From Azolla caroliniana (Eukaryota > Plantae > Polypodiophyta): 64,000 nucleotides of DNA. The position numbers and the translations under genes are program-made. The notes under the pieces were generated by a model, which saw nothing but the letters and a program-made list of their open reading frames with translations, searched no databases and had not been told where the DNA came from. This document shows positions 63,760 to 64,000 of the stretch, piece by piece (position 1 is the stretch's first letter; each line of letters starts with the position of its first letter). Location of the stretch: positions 2,356,001 through 2,420,000 of the forward strand of contig JBHGNT010000006.1 in assembly GCA_043228905.1 (NCBI GenBank). Reading direction: 5' to 3'.

Positions 63760-64000
63760 TGATAAGAATTAGGTAAGTAAATAAGTATGGGTTAATTAGT
63801 ACCTAATTATGTGATTAAGTTAAGCGAAAGATTAAGTGATATGTGTGTCTATGTGTGTGAGAGGAAGAGAGAGAGAGAGATACACTTATGAACAAACACA
63901 AGATGGGGGATGAGTAACTATATTAAATTAGCATTATCATCATCATCAAAAACAAAAATACCCACAATGAGGTATATATACATTTCATGTGCAAGGGTGC
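63760..64000 (-). mobile_element. 3' portion of the Copia 5' LTR (may extend beyond the window)
   Basis: Plus strand begins TG at 63760 (the minus-strand ...TATCA end), adjacent to the PBS. Confidence 0.75.

Larger units (their letters stand above)
54324..64000 (-). mobile_element. Truncated Ty1/Copia LTR retrotransposon (5' LTR, PBS, gag, protease, integrase; RT/RNaseH and 3' LTR absent), interrupted by a ~7.4-kb nested insert
   Basis: PBS and LTR end at 63748-63761; gag at 63579-62925; protease/integrase at 55508-54324. The domain order PR-INT is Copia-type. Confidence 0.9.

Overview
Eukaryotic land-plant nuclear DNA: spliceosomal GT-AG introns and an AT-rich background. The Copia gag/pol and PLS-PPR style suggest a fern, which is inference only. 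Host genes, left to right: the last two exons of a plant multi-pass membrane protein, a group-IV B-box (BBX) gene, tRNA-Ser(AGA), an intronless A1B aspartic protease, a PPR pseudogene, SNRNP40-like WD40, an NPH3-like BTB gene and a PPTC7-type PP2C. Decayed LINE, Gypsy and SINE-like remnants lie between them. The right end (about 54.3-64 kb) is a truncated minus-strand Ty1/Copia element split between gag and protease by a ~7.4 kb insert. That insert is the most unusual object in the window. It carries a six-exon gene (~974 codons, three premature stops that each fit a C>T change) for a ParB/Srx-like domain fused to a prokaryote-type beta-class N6/N4 DNA amino-methyltransferase. Intron 1 of this gene holds a 51-bp-period array of an invariant 25-bp palindrome, separated by 9+8+9 spacers in which one 8-bp core is inverted. 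A divergent ORF with 13-aa repeats, weak terminal inverted repeats and a subterminal hairpin complete the insert. All coordinates were read by hand and no database search was run.
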